Assembly (NCBI GenBank): GCA_964560525.1
Contig: CAZLLO010000002.1
Span: forward strand, 18,221-82,220
Source of the DNA: an uncultured Candidatus Saccharibacteria bacterium
Lineage (GTDB): Bacteria; Patescibacteriota; Dojkabacteria; SC72
Length of the DNA stretch: 64,000 nt
Reading direction: 5' to 3'
Shown piece by piece: positions 55,344 to 64,000 of this stretch. Every line of letters starts with the position of its first letter. The first letter of the stretch is position 1. Position numbers and translations under genes: made by a program. The notes under the pieces were generated by a model, which was not told the origin of the DNA, ran no database searches, and saw only the letters and a list, made by a program, of their open reading frames with translations.

Positions 55344-55700
55344 ATGTCAGCAAAAGAAGTAAAAACAACAAAAAACTATGAAATGGCAGTAGCTTTAAAG
55401 CCACTATTACCAGATGATGTTAGAAAAACAATTCACAAAGAGTTTGTAGATTTGGTAAAAGAAAAGGGTGGAGAAGTACTAGATGTAGATGTATGGGGTA
55501 AGAGGTATTTAGCATACAAAATTGGTGGTCATAATGAAGGCTACTACATTATATATACTTTCACATCTGATCCATCAAATATCCTAGAAATTAGGAGACA
55601 GATGGAATTAAAACAAGAGGTGTTAAGATATATGGTAGTAGAGGTATATGATGTAGAAGAGATTGGAAAGAGAATTAAGAAAAAAGAAATAGAGATTTAA
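55344..55700 (+). CDS. rpsF: 30S ribosomal protein S6
   Basis: YEMAVALKP...WGKRYLAYKI family pattern; rpsF-ssb-rpsR order. Confidence 0.85.
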   Translation: MSAKEVKTTKNYEMAVALKPLLPDDVRKTIHKEFVDLVKEKGGEVLDVDVWGKRYLAYKIGGHNEGYYIIYTFTSDPSNILEIRRQMELKQEVLRYMVVEVYDVEEIGKRIKKKEIEI

Positions 55701-55759
55701 GAAGAAATTAATATTTGTGGTGTATATTAAAGGTAAGTTAAATTATTAAATTAAAAGAA

Positions 55760-56254
55760 ATGGCAGCAAGATCGTTAAACAAGGTTATCTTAATTGGTAA
55801 TCTAACAAGAGATCCAGAGATGAGATATACAAATTCTGGAACACCAGTTGTAACTTTTGGAATGGCAACAAACAAGTCATGGAAAGATACAAATGGAGAA
55901 GTAAAGGAATTAGCAGAATTCCATAACTTAGTAGCATGGAACAAGATGGCTGAGATATGTCAACAGTTACTTGCAAAGGGTATGAAGGTATATATCGAGG
56001 GTTCTTTAAATACTAGATCATGGAATGCAGAAGATGGTTCTACAAGATACAAGACAGAAGTTAGAGTTGAGGATATGATTCTTTTGGACAGTAAGGGTAA
56101 GCAAGGTGCAGGTACCGATGAGGATGCAGCACCAAGTGAGAAACCAGCTAAATCTTCTAAAAAAGATGAAGCTATTGTTGATGAAGCAGCTCCTGTTGAA
56201 GAGGAAGCTCCACAAGCAGATCAGGATCCATTGGAAGAAGATTTGCCATTTTAA
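55760..56254 (+). CDS. ssb: Single-stranded DNA-binding protein
   Basis: OB fold LNKVILIGNLTRDPEMRYT...FHNLVAWNKMAE, acidic C-terminal tail ending DLPF. Confidence 0.9.
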   Translation: MAARSLNKVILIGNLTRDPEMRYTNSGTPVVTFGMATNKSWKDTNGEVKELAEFHNLVAWNKMAEICQQLLAKGMKVYIEGSLNTRSWNAEDGSTRYKTEVRVEDMILLDSKGKQGAGTDEDAAPSEKPAKSSKKDEAIVDEAAPVEEEAPQADQDPLEEDLPF

Positions 56255-56273
56255 TTTGATATATGATTAAGTA

Positions 56274-56597
56274 ATGTCAGAAGAAGTTATTAAAGAAAAT
56301 ATAGGGGTAGTTGCAGAGACATCAGTTAATACTGAAGAGTCTTTTGAATCACATGGTAAGAAGAATGTAAGACGAAGGAGAAAGATAATTCAGAATCTTA
56401 AATGTCCTCTATGTGAGTCTGGTGTTAAGACTGTTACATACAAGGATGTGTATCAATTGAAGAAGTTTACTTCTGTTAGAGGTAAGGTTATATCTGTTGA
56501 GAAGTCTGGAGCATGTCACAAGCATCAGAAGATGTTAAAGAGAGCTATTAAGAGAGCTAGATTTATGGCATTACTACCATATGCATCTAATGAATAA
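56274..56597 (+). CDS. rpsR: 30S ribosomal protein S18
   Basis: RRRRKIIQ...VTYKDVYQLKKFTSVRGKV...KHQKMLKRAIKRARFMALLPY. Confidence 0.85.
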   Translation: MSEEVIKENIGVVAETSVNTEESFESHGKKNVRRRRKIIQNLKCPLCESGVKTVTYKDVYQLKKFTSVRGKVISVEKSGACHKHQKMLKRAIKRARFMALLPYASNE

Positions 56598-56623
56598 TTA
56601 GATATATGTTTTTGAATTGAGAA

Positions 56624-56650
56624 GGGGACCGAAAGGTCCTCTTTTTTTTT
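56624..56650 (+). terminator. Intrinsic terminator after rpsR
   Basis: GGGGACC-GAAA-GGTCCTC followed by TTTTTTTTT. Confidence 0.65.
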
Positions 56651-56710
56651 GTTACCTGTGCTAGACGATTGTTATCATCCAGCACAGGCTGAAAAACTGT
56701 TTACGGAAAC

Positions 56711-57019
56711 TCATGCTACTTGTATGCGATTGCAGCATCCGTTAACAGCTTTCTGGAGGGAAGGGTCTATTCCAACCATGGCAAGGAGGATTTGTCTCCT
56801 CAGATTATGCAATGTTGAATAATCTGTTAGAGGCAGGATATCTCTCATTTCTACCATAATATCGAAAATCTGGCGAACGAACTCATCTGGAGTCCATTCT
56901 TCGGGAACGTAATTTTCGATACATGCCTGGATTAACTCTTGCGGAACTGGGGGAGAAATCCCTCGTAATCCCTCTGTTATTTGATCCTCACTCAAATTGA
57001 TAATGAGCTTTTGGGACAT
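56711..57019 (-). CDS. Hypothetical protein
   Basis: A 102-aa acidic ORF with no recognisable motifs. Confidence 0.35.
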   Translation of the reverse strand: MSQKLIINLSEDQITEGLRGISPPVPQELIQACIENYVPEEWTPDEFVRQIFDIMVEMRDILPLTDYSTLHNLRRQILLAMVGIDPSLQKAVNGCCNRIQVA

Positions 57020-57155
57020 TAAGCACCTCCATTTAAGCTATTTGAATAATAGCAATGAAATTATATCAATATCTGTTAGTTATTCCTATACTATGGGGAA
57101 TGTATTGCGTTCCAGGTCAAGTTTTTGGGCTTGACCTGGAGTAGGTCTTAAAAAT

Positions 57156-57476
57156 TCAGAGTGATGTTTTCTTCTTAAGCTTTTCGTAGATTTTTGATTC
57201 TACAGCCATAGTGATTAATACAGGAACTAAAAAGAGAAGAATCTCTACTTCTGTACTAATGTCAGCATTGAGTCTAAGTGCAAGCACAAGAGAAATATAC
57301 ATCATTATGCAGGCAAGATTCATTGCTATTTTGAATGGCTTGGGGAAGATGGCTCCTGGTTTGGATTCGGAATCTTCGAATCTTTCCTTTTTTATAGCCC
57401 AAAGTATGAGTAATATTGTCGATGCAAGGGCTAGAAGGAAACCTAAAATCCCAAGATATATACAAAAAATTACCAT
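57156..57476 (-). CDS. Hypothetical 3-TM membrane protein
   Basis: A 106-aa ORF with three hydrophobic helices. Confidence 0.35.
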   Translation of the reverse strand: MVIFCIYLGILGFLLALASTILLILWAIKKERFEDSESKPGAIFPKPFKIAMNLACIMMYISLVLALRLNADISTEVEILLFLVPVLITMAVESKIYEKLKKKTSL

Positions 57477-57588
57477 ATCTCACAACCTTTCTCTGAAATT
57501 TGTAACGATCTAAGATCAATTATACCTCTGAGATATACTATAAGACAAGGACTAGAGAGGTTAATGGGGGATTTAAGAGAATGAAATG

Positions 57589-57619
57589 CTTGGGCAATCA
57601 AAGTTGTTGATTGCCCAAG
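57589..57619. repeat. Perfect 13-bp inverted repeat CTTGGGCAATCAA-AGTTG-TTGATTGCCCAAG
   Basis: Located 18 nt beyond the 3' end of the minus-strand gene 57637..57867. No U-tract on either strand, so it may be a protein-binding palindrome or an RNA stem-loop. Confidence 0.5.
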
Positions 57620-57636
57620 ATGGAGCAGAAAGGGGG

Positions 57637-57867
57637 TTATTTAGCGAATAGGCCAATAATGAAACCAACTAGCGCTATCGCACAGCCGACGAGAAAAAGG
57701 ATAAAAACTAGACTTTCAATCATAGCTAGTCGCTCTTTTTCTTCTAGACTTACCAAGCCTGCTTTCTTCTCGTGTTGGACGGTAGCCACAATTTCTATCA
57801 CAATAGCTACTATGGCGATTAACCATCCCACACCTTCAACAATCTTACTTGCAATAGCCAATTCCAT
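57637..57867 (-). CDS. Small 2-TM membrane protein
   Basis: A 76-aa ORF with two long hydrophobic helices separated by EKKAGLVSLEEKERL. Confidence 0.35.
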   Translation of the reverse strand: MELAIASKIVEGVGWLIAIVAIVIEIVATVQHEKKAGLVSLEEKERLAMIESLVFILFLVGCAIALVGFIIGLFAK

Positions 57868-57995
57868 TTTAGAGTATCCTCCTGAAAAGATTTGTCTTGA
57901 AAGCCATTCATTATATCATTCTCATAAACCTGAGACTATAGGTAGGAAACGTTTTTCATTGCAACTATGTATCCTTTCAAGTAATATATTTAGAT

Positions 57996-59351
57996 ATGTC
58001 TACACTGCCAATATTAGATAAAAACTCATACCTAAGCCTTGTAATATCAGATAACAGTATCTGGGCACATCTGGCTTACACAGATCACAATGCTAATAGA
58101 GAATACATACTCTCAGACTATACAGACCTCAATCCATTGAAAGAAAGATTAGATGATGAATTCTTTAACAAACAATTCTGGTATGAATATTTTGATAATT
58201 TAGAAAAGGTATACAACTGGAATATCGTAGACAAGAATGGATATGGAATTTTCTCGTTTAGAAAATTCAAAGATGAGGGAGACGGAATATCTGGAATTAG
58301 GATATTAATAGACGAAAATCAAAAATTCTTTAGTAAGATATTTACATCCTTAAGAGAGTTCTCAAATGATATATCTTTGAGAATAGTAGATGACAAATAT
58401 ATATATGGAATGATAGAGGGGGTTGCCGAAAAGCTATCATACAATGATCTTTTGTTTTTGGATTTGGATCTGATGGATTTCAAAGTGTATCGAACCATTA
58501 AGGATCCCCAAACAGGCAAGAGAGAAACAACTAAATCGAAAATCTCTTGGAACAATGAATATGGCCTAATTGATAGCATGAAGGATTCAAGATTAAAAGC
58601 ATTCTTAGCTACAGACCTGAATACAAAAGATTTGATGAATTACTGGAGCAATTTTGTATTGAATAGGGTAGCTTTCTGTGAAGATCCCAATATATTGGAT
58701 ATGCTAAGAGCATATACAACGATACAGGCACACTCCATATATCAAGAAAACAAAGAAAAATTAGAAGGTGTAGGACTACAAGGGAATACAGCGATAATAC
58801 TTACTGGAATGGTACCTTTGGTTCTTGGAAAAGCAAAAACATTATTATCCATTATCGATGGATTGGAAATAGCTGGTAACCTTGATTACTACCATGATAC
58901 AGAGTCTAGACTTATATCTTTTGGCAGAAGCTATATCTCTGGCCCACAATCTACAGATATTATTCTAACCAGAAAAGAAGTAATTTCTAATGCAACCAAA
59001 GTACTAATACCAGAAATCAAACGGTCAAGAAATATGAGTAAAGTAGTTTTAAGCGGATACACAGACTCATTGGAAGGAGAGAAACAAAATTTCTTTGTAC
59101 TTTCCCCTGAGTTCACATTTATGCAATTACCATTACATAGTGAAAAACTAGTTATTGAGGGAGATTTTAAGAATGGTACATATCTACCCAATTGGGTCCA
59201 AGAGAACAGTATTAGCTTCATATCAATACCTGAAAAACAGAAATATGATTCAATACTAATTGATGCTAGGCCAAAACCAATAATATATGGTCCAGATGTA
59301 TATTCAAACAAATTAAAATTACAGCAGTGGTTTAATGATATTAAAACATAG
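57996..59351 (+). CDS. Hypothetical protein (possible divergent actin-like ATPase fold; very tentative)
   Basis: A 451-aa ORF. YLSLVISDNSIW and LDLDLMDFKV are loosely reminiscent of actin-fold phosphate motifs, but no glycine-rich loops are present. Confidence 0.4.
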   Translation: MSTLPILDKNSYLSLVISDNSIWAHLAYTDHNANREYILSDYTDLNPLKERLDDEFFNKQFWYEYFDNLEKVYNWNIVDKNGYGIFSFRKFKDEGDGISGIRILIDENQKFFSKIFTSLREFSNDISLRIVDDKYIYGMIEGVAEKLSYNDLLFLDLDLMDFKVYRTIKDPQTGKRETTKSKISWNNEYGLIDSMKDSRLKAFLATDLNTKDLMNYWSNFVLNRVAFCEDPNILDMLRAYTTIQAHSIYQENKEKLEGVGLQGNTAIILTGMVPLVLGKAKTLLSIIDGLEIAGNLDYYHDTESRLISFGRSYISGPQSTDIILTRKEVISNATKVLIPEIKRSRNMSKVVLSGYTDSLEGEKQNFFVLSPEFTFMQLPLHSEKLVIEGDFKNGTYLPNWVQENSISFISIPEKQKYDSILIDARPKPIIYGPDVYSNKLKLQQWFNDIKT

Positions 59352-60348
59352 GTTGCTAGAAAAATATAATAAGTATGTGTTTAAAATTCCGATTACCAAT
59401 AGGGATATGGTTATGTTAAAAGCTGGAGATTTACTTAGTAAAGGAACTGATATGTATCGTAGAGTAGAGAATAATGTACGATATTCCTTTTATCTTCCTG
59501 ACCAATTAAACTGTAATCTACAAAATTGCACAGAATATGTTACTTGCATTGATGGAGAATTTGTAAAGGCAGGAGATGAGCTTGCTGAGAAAATGGCAAT
59601 GGGAGGTTTAACAATCAAGAAATTGGTTTCTCCATCCAATGGTATTGTAGATCTCTCAAGGTTAAAGATGGGGTATATTGATATATTAGGAGAAGAGCAA
59701 GAAAAATGTGTTCAAGGTACATTTAAAGGTCATGTCTTAGATGTAAATCCTGTTGATGGTATACAAATAGAAGCATCGGCTTTGGCGTTTGACCTGTTAA
59801 GTATTTCTCAAACTGACAAAGGAACAATATCTGGAACTTTTGTGACATTGAATACTGGTAAAGATATTAAACTCGTAGGTGAAGATCAAAGCTATGAAGA
59901 CAAAATAGTATTTGTAGGTAAACATTTACATGCGGGACTATTAAGAGATCTTTTTGAGAAAGGTGCAAAATTTGTACTGACATATGCTATGGATTATCAA
60001 GACTTTAGAAACCAAGGGCTACCAGTGGGTATAATTGGTGGATTTGGAGAAATATACTCTGGAGATGCTATTTTAAAACAGTTGTCCGAATTAGATGGCT
60101 CCTTCGTTATCGTAGATTCAGAAGAAAAACAAATGTTCTTTGTTACAGATATGGCTAATACAAAGGAAGAAAAACCTATGTTTGTAAAAACTTTAGTTGG
60201 TAGTAAAATAATATCTCATGCCCTTGGTAATTATGGAATGGTAGGCGAAATAGTTGAGGCAGAAGAGGGTACGTATGTTACAGTAGAATGGGAGAACAAA
60301 GGAAGAAGTGTTGTTAATATCGGGACATTAGAGTTCATCGCTTGCTGA
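59335..60348 (+). CDS. Hypothetical protein
   Basis: A 337-aa ORF overlapping the upstream gene by 17 nt, forming an operon with 57996..59351. Confidence 0.4.
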   Translation: MILKHRLLEKYNKYVFKIPITNRDMVMLKAGDLLSKGTDMYRRVENNVRYSFYLPDQLNCNLQNCTEYVTCIDGEFVKAGDELAEKMAMGGLTIKKLVSPSNGIVDLSRLKMGYIDILGEEQEKCVQGTFKGHVLDVNPVDGIQIEASALAFDLLSISQTDKGTISGTFVTLNTGKDIKLVGEDQSYEDKIVFVGKHLHAGLLRDLFEKGAKFVLTYAMDYQDFRNQGLPVGIIGGFGEIYSGDAILKQLSELDGSFVIVDSEEKQMFFVTDMANTKEEKPMFVKTLVGSKIISHALGNYGMVGEIVEAEEGTYVTVEWENKGRSVVNIGTLEFIAC

Positions 60349-60372
60349 TATATAATTTGACCTGAGAATTAG

Positions 60373-61584
60373 ATGAAAAAAGATTACAAAAGGAATACAG
60401 GAATTGCGATATTAATGGTTTGTTTGTTTGTTGTTGGTTTTGTTGCTGGAAGGGTATTTCAAGCTAACAAGAGTAGTATCTTAGGCTCATCTTCCGAGAG
60501 TACCGTAGATTTTAGCTTGTACTGGGATGTTTGGGATCTGATGAAATCTAAATATGTAGATTCTTCTAAGGGAGAAGATCAAGAGATGGTATATGGGTCC
60601 ATTAAGGGAATGGTCAATTCGTATGGAGATGCTGCAACAGTTTTCCTAGATCCTGAAGAAACTACTACATTCAATGAGACAAGTGAGGGGAAATATTTTG
60701 AAGGAATTGGTGCAGAGCTAGGGTACAATAATGGGCAAGTTATTGTTGTATCTCCATTGGAAGGATCTCCAGCGAAAGCTGCAGGTATCCGATCTGGTGA
60801 CATTATACTAGCTGTTGATGATAAGGAAGTGACTTCAGACCAAACAGTCTATGATATTGTTGCATTGATAAGGGGGAAAGCTGATTCACAAGTAAAACTA
60901 AAGGTGTTACATAAAGGGGCTAGCGAATCCGTAGAGATTACTATTACACGAAGTGAAATCACTGTTCCAAGTATGAGTGTTGAGTATGTAGGTCAGAATA
61001 AGGATATTGCACTATTCAATGTGAATCGTTTTACCGATGCTACTTACAGCCAATGGATAGAGAATTGGAATACGAATGTGAATGCGATTGTTAAATCGGG
61101 TGTTAAGAAAATGATTTTAGATTTAAGGGGTAATCCTGGTGGGTTCTTTGATGCTGCCATATATGCCGCGGATGACTTTGTAGATGAAGGAAAGGTATTG
61201 GCACAGCAACAAGATAGTAAGGGTGATATTGAGAAGTTTAACTCTACTAAGGGTGGAAAGCTTGTAAATATGGAAGTAATAGTGCTTGTAGATGGTGGTA
61301 GTGCATCTGCATCTGAGATATTATCTGGAGCCCTTCAGCAGTCCGAGAGAGCAACAATTCTTGGAGAAAAGACATATGGAAAAGGTACTGCACAAAGCGT
61401 AATTGATTTAACAGGAGGAGCAAGCTTACATGTAACAATACTAAAATGGTTACTTCCAGATGGTGGATGGCTTAACAAGGATAACCCAATAACTCCAGAT
61501 ATTGAAGTAGTTAAAACTAATGAAGATTTCTTAAAAGGTGTAGACCCGCAGTTAGATAAAGCGATAAGTGAGCTCTCAAAATAA
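60373..61584 (+). CDS. ctpA: Carboxyl-terminal processing protease (S41)
   Basis: N-terminal TM, PDZ domain (GIRSGDIILAVDD), S41 catalytic block LDLRGNPGG and KTYGKGT Ser/Lys dyad region. Confidence 0.85.
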   Translation: MKKDYKRNTGIAILMVCLFVVGFVAGRVFQANKSSILGSSSESTVDFSLYWDVWDLMKSKYVDSSKGEDQEMVYGSIKGMVNSYGDAATVFLDPEETTTFNETSEGKYFEGIGAELGYNNGQVIVVSPLEGSPAKAAGIRSGDIILAVDDKEVTSDQTVYDIVALIRGKADSQVKLKVLHKGASESVEITITRSEITVPSMSVEYVGQNKDIALFNVNRFTDATYSQWIENWNTNVNAIVKSGVKKMILDLRGNPGGFFDAAIYAADDFVDEGKVLAQQQDSKGDIEKFNSTKGGKLVNMEVIVLVDGGSASASEILSGALQQSERATILGEKTYGKGTAQSVIDLTGGASLHVTILKWLLPDGGWLNKDNPITPDIEVVKTNEDFLKGVDPQLDKAISELSK

Positions 61585-61602
61585 TTTTTAAATATTATAA
61601 TT

Positions 61603-62736
61603 ATGGAAGAGAAGAAAACTGAAAAGAAGAAGTTTCCAAGGAAGCTTTTATTCATATCTGCAACTATATTGGGTCTCTTGTTAGTTTCTGTTATCCTCAC
61701 AGCCGTTATTGTTCTCAATATCGAACAGATAAATAGCTGGTTAGGAATTAAAACCACATCCCAAGAGGAAACAGTACAAACTATCACTGTAACAGAGGAA
61801 GAAAAGAATACAATTGAAATTGTAAAAAATACTGCACCAGGGGTTGTTAGTATTGCTGTGTCTCAGCTTTCACTTAACCAAGACAAAGGAGTAGTAAGTA
61901 CGGACAGCAACATTGGTACGGGTTTCGTTGTAGATGCAAGTGGATGGATTGTAACAAACCAACACGTGGTTTCAAGCACGACAGCTTCATACAAGGTAGT
62001 CACAAGTGATGGGAGTCAATATGATGTTAATGATATTGTGAGAGACGATGTTAACGATATTGCAATCTTGAAGATAGATGCAAAAGATTTGAAAGTTTTA
62101 ACTCTTGGGAATTCTGATAACCTAGTTGCAGGTCAGGAAGTAATCGCAATCGGTACACCTCTGGGTGAGTATGCAGGGAGTGTAACAAAAGGAATTATTA
62201 GCGGACTAGATAGGACAGTAACTGCAAGTTCAACCTGGTTTGATGGCACATCTAAAACATATGAAGGAGTAATACAAACAGATGCCGCAATAAACCCAGG
62301 AAATTCTGGAGGGCCATTACTAAATAGTCAGGGTGAAATTATAGGTGTGAACTTTGCAACTACTTCTGGAGCTGAAAATATTTCATTCGCATTGCCAATA
62401 AACAGGGTAAAAGAGAAAGTTGAGGAATACAGGACGTATGGTAAATTCATAAAACCATATATGGGTGTATCTTACCAGATGATTTCCGAATATGAAGCAA
62501 TGTACTATACAAATGTTGTAGCTGGAGCTTTGATTCAGAGCCTTGATGCTTCAGGACCAGCCTACAAGTCAGGTATTAGGAAAGGAGATATAGTTACTGA
62601 GCTCGGGGGAGAAAAGATAGAGTCTTCACTTTCCTTGTATATCCAAAAACATAAGGTAGGGGAGAAAATAGAAGTAAAGGTGTATAGAGCGGGTGCAGAA
62701 AAAACATTTGAGGTTACTCTAGTCGAAGCTGATTAA
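61603..62736 (+). CDS. htrA: HtrA/DegP-family serine protease with PDZ domain
   Basis: N-terminal TM; catalytic triad context TNQHVV (His), DIAILKID (Asp), GNSGGPL (Ser); C-terminal PDZ. Confidence 0.85.
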   Translation: MEEKKTEKKKFPRKLLFISATILGLLLVSVILTAVIVLNIEQINSWLGIKTTSQEETVQTITVTEEEKNTIEIVKNTAPGVVSIAVSQLSLNQDKGVVSTDSNIGTGFVVDASGWIVTNQHVVSSTTASYKVVTSDGSQYDVNDIVRDDVNDIAILKIDAKDLKVLTLGNSDNLVAGQEVIAIGTPLGEYAGSVTKGIISGLDRTVTASSTWFDGTSKTYEGVIQTDAAINPGNSGGPLLNSQGEIIGVNFATTSGAENISFALPINRVKEKVEEYRTYGKFIKPYMGVSYQMISEYEAMYYTNVVAGALIQSLDASGPAYKSGIRKGDIVTELGGEKIESSLSLYIQKHKVGEKIEVKVYRAGAEKTFEVTLVEAD

Positions 62737-63507
62737 TACAAACCGATCTTTACCATATTGATCCTTGAAGATCTTTTGTGGTTTGGAGGAGAAATTTTCT
62801 AAAGTAGAGGGTTCTATCTCAAAAATACCACATCCTGTTATATTCTTTGTTTTAATCTGTGCTAATAATTCATTGTAATACTTAAGCCCATCTGGCCCGC
62901 CATCCAATGCTGTTCTTGGTTCATAGTCAATCACACTACTATCAAGTTTTAAGTATTGTGTCGTTGGAATGTATGGAAGATTAGCAAGTATTAATACCTT
63001 TGAACCTGATGCAAAAGGTATCCCCTCAATGAGGTTTGTCCTAACAAAATCAATAGTTTTTGTTTCTAGTATCACCATCTCATTCTCTTTTGCGATACTT
63101 AAAGCTTCTGGAGAGGTATCTGTAGCATGAAATCTTGATTGAGTATCGGATAGTTCTTTCTTAAGTGAAATGGCAATACAACCACTACCAGTACCTACAT
63201 CTACAATGTCTGAATATGGAGTAGGAGAGTTTCTAATCTCTTCTTTTGCTAGATCTACTAACATTTCTGTCTCAATTCTGGGTATTAAAGTAAATGTATT
63301 TACTTTAAAATTTTCATTTCTGAACTCTGCATATCCTCTGATATATTCCCAAGGTTCATTTCCCCTAATTCTTTGCAATATATCCTCAAGTGAAAGATTG
63401 TTAATTCTTGAATACTCATATATCTCATTAGAAATCCTGGATATATCGTAATAGTTTGCAGATTTAAGGGCGTTTTGTATAGTAAAGATATCTTTAAGCT
63501 TGTCCAC
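62719..63507 (-). CDS. prmC: Release factor glutamine-N5 methyltransferase PrmC (HemK)
   Basis: SAM motif [11 protein letters not shown] and the NPPY-type motif NLPYIP. Confidence 0.85.
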   Translation of the reverse strand: MDKLKDIFTIQNALKSANYYDISRISNEIYEYSRINNLSLEDILQRIRGNEPWEYIRGYAEFRNENFKVNTFTLIPRIETEMLVDLAKEEIRNSPTPYSDIVDVGTGSGCIAISLKKELSDTQSRFHATDTSPEALSIAKENEMVILETKTIDFVRTNLIEGIPFASGSKVLILANLPYIPTTQYLKLDSSVIDYEPRTALDGGPDGLKYYNELLAQIKTKNITGCGIFEIEPSTLENFSSKPQKIFKDQYGKDRFVLISFD

Positions 63508-64000
63508 CTTTTTCTTGTTGCTCTAAAATTTGTAACTGAATACCTTTACGAACATCATCAATGATATTTTGGATATCTCCTGCAAGTATTCCTTCCATAT
63601 TAAACCAAGAAAGTTTAACTCTATGATCTGTTACTCTGTTTTGGGGGAAATTGTATGTTCTAATCTTCTCTGCTCGCATATTTGAGCCAATTTGTGATGA
63701 TCTCATATCTTTTCGTTTTGCCATCTCTTCTTGCTTTTTCATATCGTACAATCTAGAACGTAGTAGGGCCATTGCTTTCTCTCTGTTTTGTGCTTGATGT
63801 TTAGTTTCCTGACAACTAACCACAATTCCAGTAGGGAGGTGTGTTATTCTAACTGCAGAGTCTGTTCTGTTTACACATTGACCTCCAGCTCCAGAGGCTC
63901 TCATAACTTCCACTTTAATTTCTTCTGGTTTGATCTGAATATCAATCTCTTTTGCTTCTGGCATTATTGCTACTGAAGCAGTAGAGGTGTGTATTCTCCC
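63494..64000 (-). CDS. prfA: Peptide chain release factor 1, C-terminal part (gene continues beyond window end)
   Basis: [15 protein letters not shown]...[44 protein letters not shown] matches RF1, including the GGQ motif. The 3' end overlaps prmC by 14 nt. The reading frame is open to position 64000. Confidence 0.85.
   Translation of the reverse strand, partial: GRIHTSTASVAIMPEAKEIDIQIKPEEIKVEVMRASGAGGQCVNRTDSAVRITHLPTGIVVSCQETKHQAQNREKAMALLRSRLYDMKKQEEMAKRKDMRSSQIGSNMRAEKIRTYNFPQNRVTDHRVKLSWFNMEGILAGDIQNIIDDVRKGIQLQILEQQEKGGQA

Noticed and set aside
1-64000. Possible stop-codon reassignment (UGA=Gly, code 25) given CPR-like gene content
   Set aside because: Full-length conserved proteins (topA, mfd, dnaX, cysS, PBP2) translate uninterrupted under the standard code with TAA/TAG/TGA stops at expected ends, so there is no evidence for recoding.

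Overview
This 64 kb window looks like a low-GC (about 35-40% by eye) bacterial chromosome segment in the standard genetic code. Its gene content resembles CPR/Patescibacteria-type genomes: an S2 protein with a C-terminal extension, an archaeal-type AMP phosphorylase next to an eIF-2B-family isomerase, a truncated Mfd, and many cell-surface proteins. Most of the window is core housekeeping: rpmB, mreBCD-mrdA, dprA, topA, radC, rpsB-tsf-frr, rseP, rpsU, ybeY, pth, mfd, dnaX-ybaB-recR, cysS, rnhC, cca, a beta-CASP RNase, ychF, rpsF-ssb-rpsR, ctpA, htrA, prmC and partial prfA. Two accessory regions stand out. (1) A roughly 5 kb AT-rich island at about 8.5-13.6 kb lies between radC and rpsB. It encodes an RNHCP-like zinc-ribbon protein, a standalone divergent GGDEF-like palm-domain nucleotidyl cyclase, an S51 (PepE-like) peptidase, two tandem S66 (LdcA/MccF-like) peptidases (one missing the nucleophile Ser) and a DUF4433/DarT-like ADP-ribosyltransferase-fold protein with no macrodomain partner. 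The five genes from the cyclase onward are joined by overlapping or abutting stop/start codons. This is my top candidate for an undescribed nucleotide-signal-based conflict system. (2) Immediately downstream of tRNA-Ser(TGA) at 35.3 kb, a block of hypothetical genes includes a small 3TM membrane protein, a ThsB-like TIR domain protein (DUF1863-type, predicted catalytic Glu in a KWINYEI motif) and a histidine-phosphatase-family protein. There is no recognisable ThsA (SIR2/SLOG or Macro) partner, so this may be a minimal TIR-plus-membrane-effector defence module. Other notable items: two small hypothetical genes each flanked by a duplicated, gene-specific terminator hairpin; an RGG-rich tandem zinc-ribbon protein with an H1-like Lys-rich tail; a four-gene cell-surface protein operon; a Cys-rich tandem-repeat surface protein; and a bifunctional dual-GT2 polysaccharide synthase with a QxxRW motif. 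No CRISPR array, rRNA, transposase or integrase is visible.
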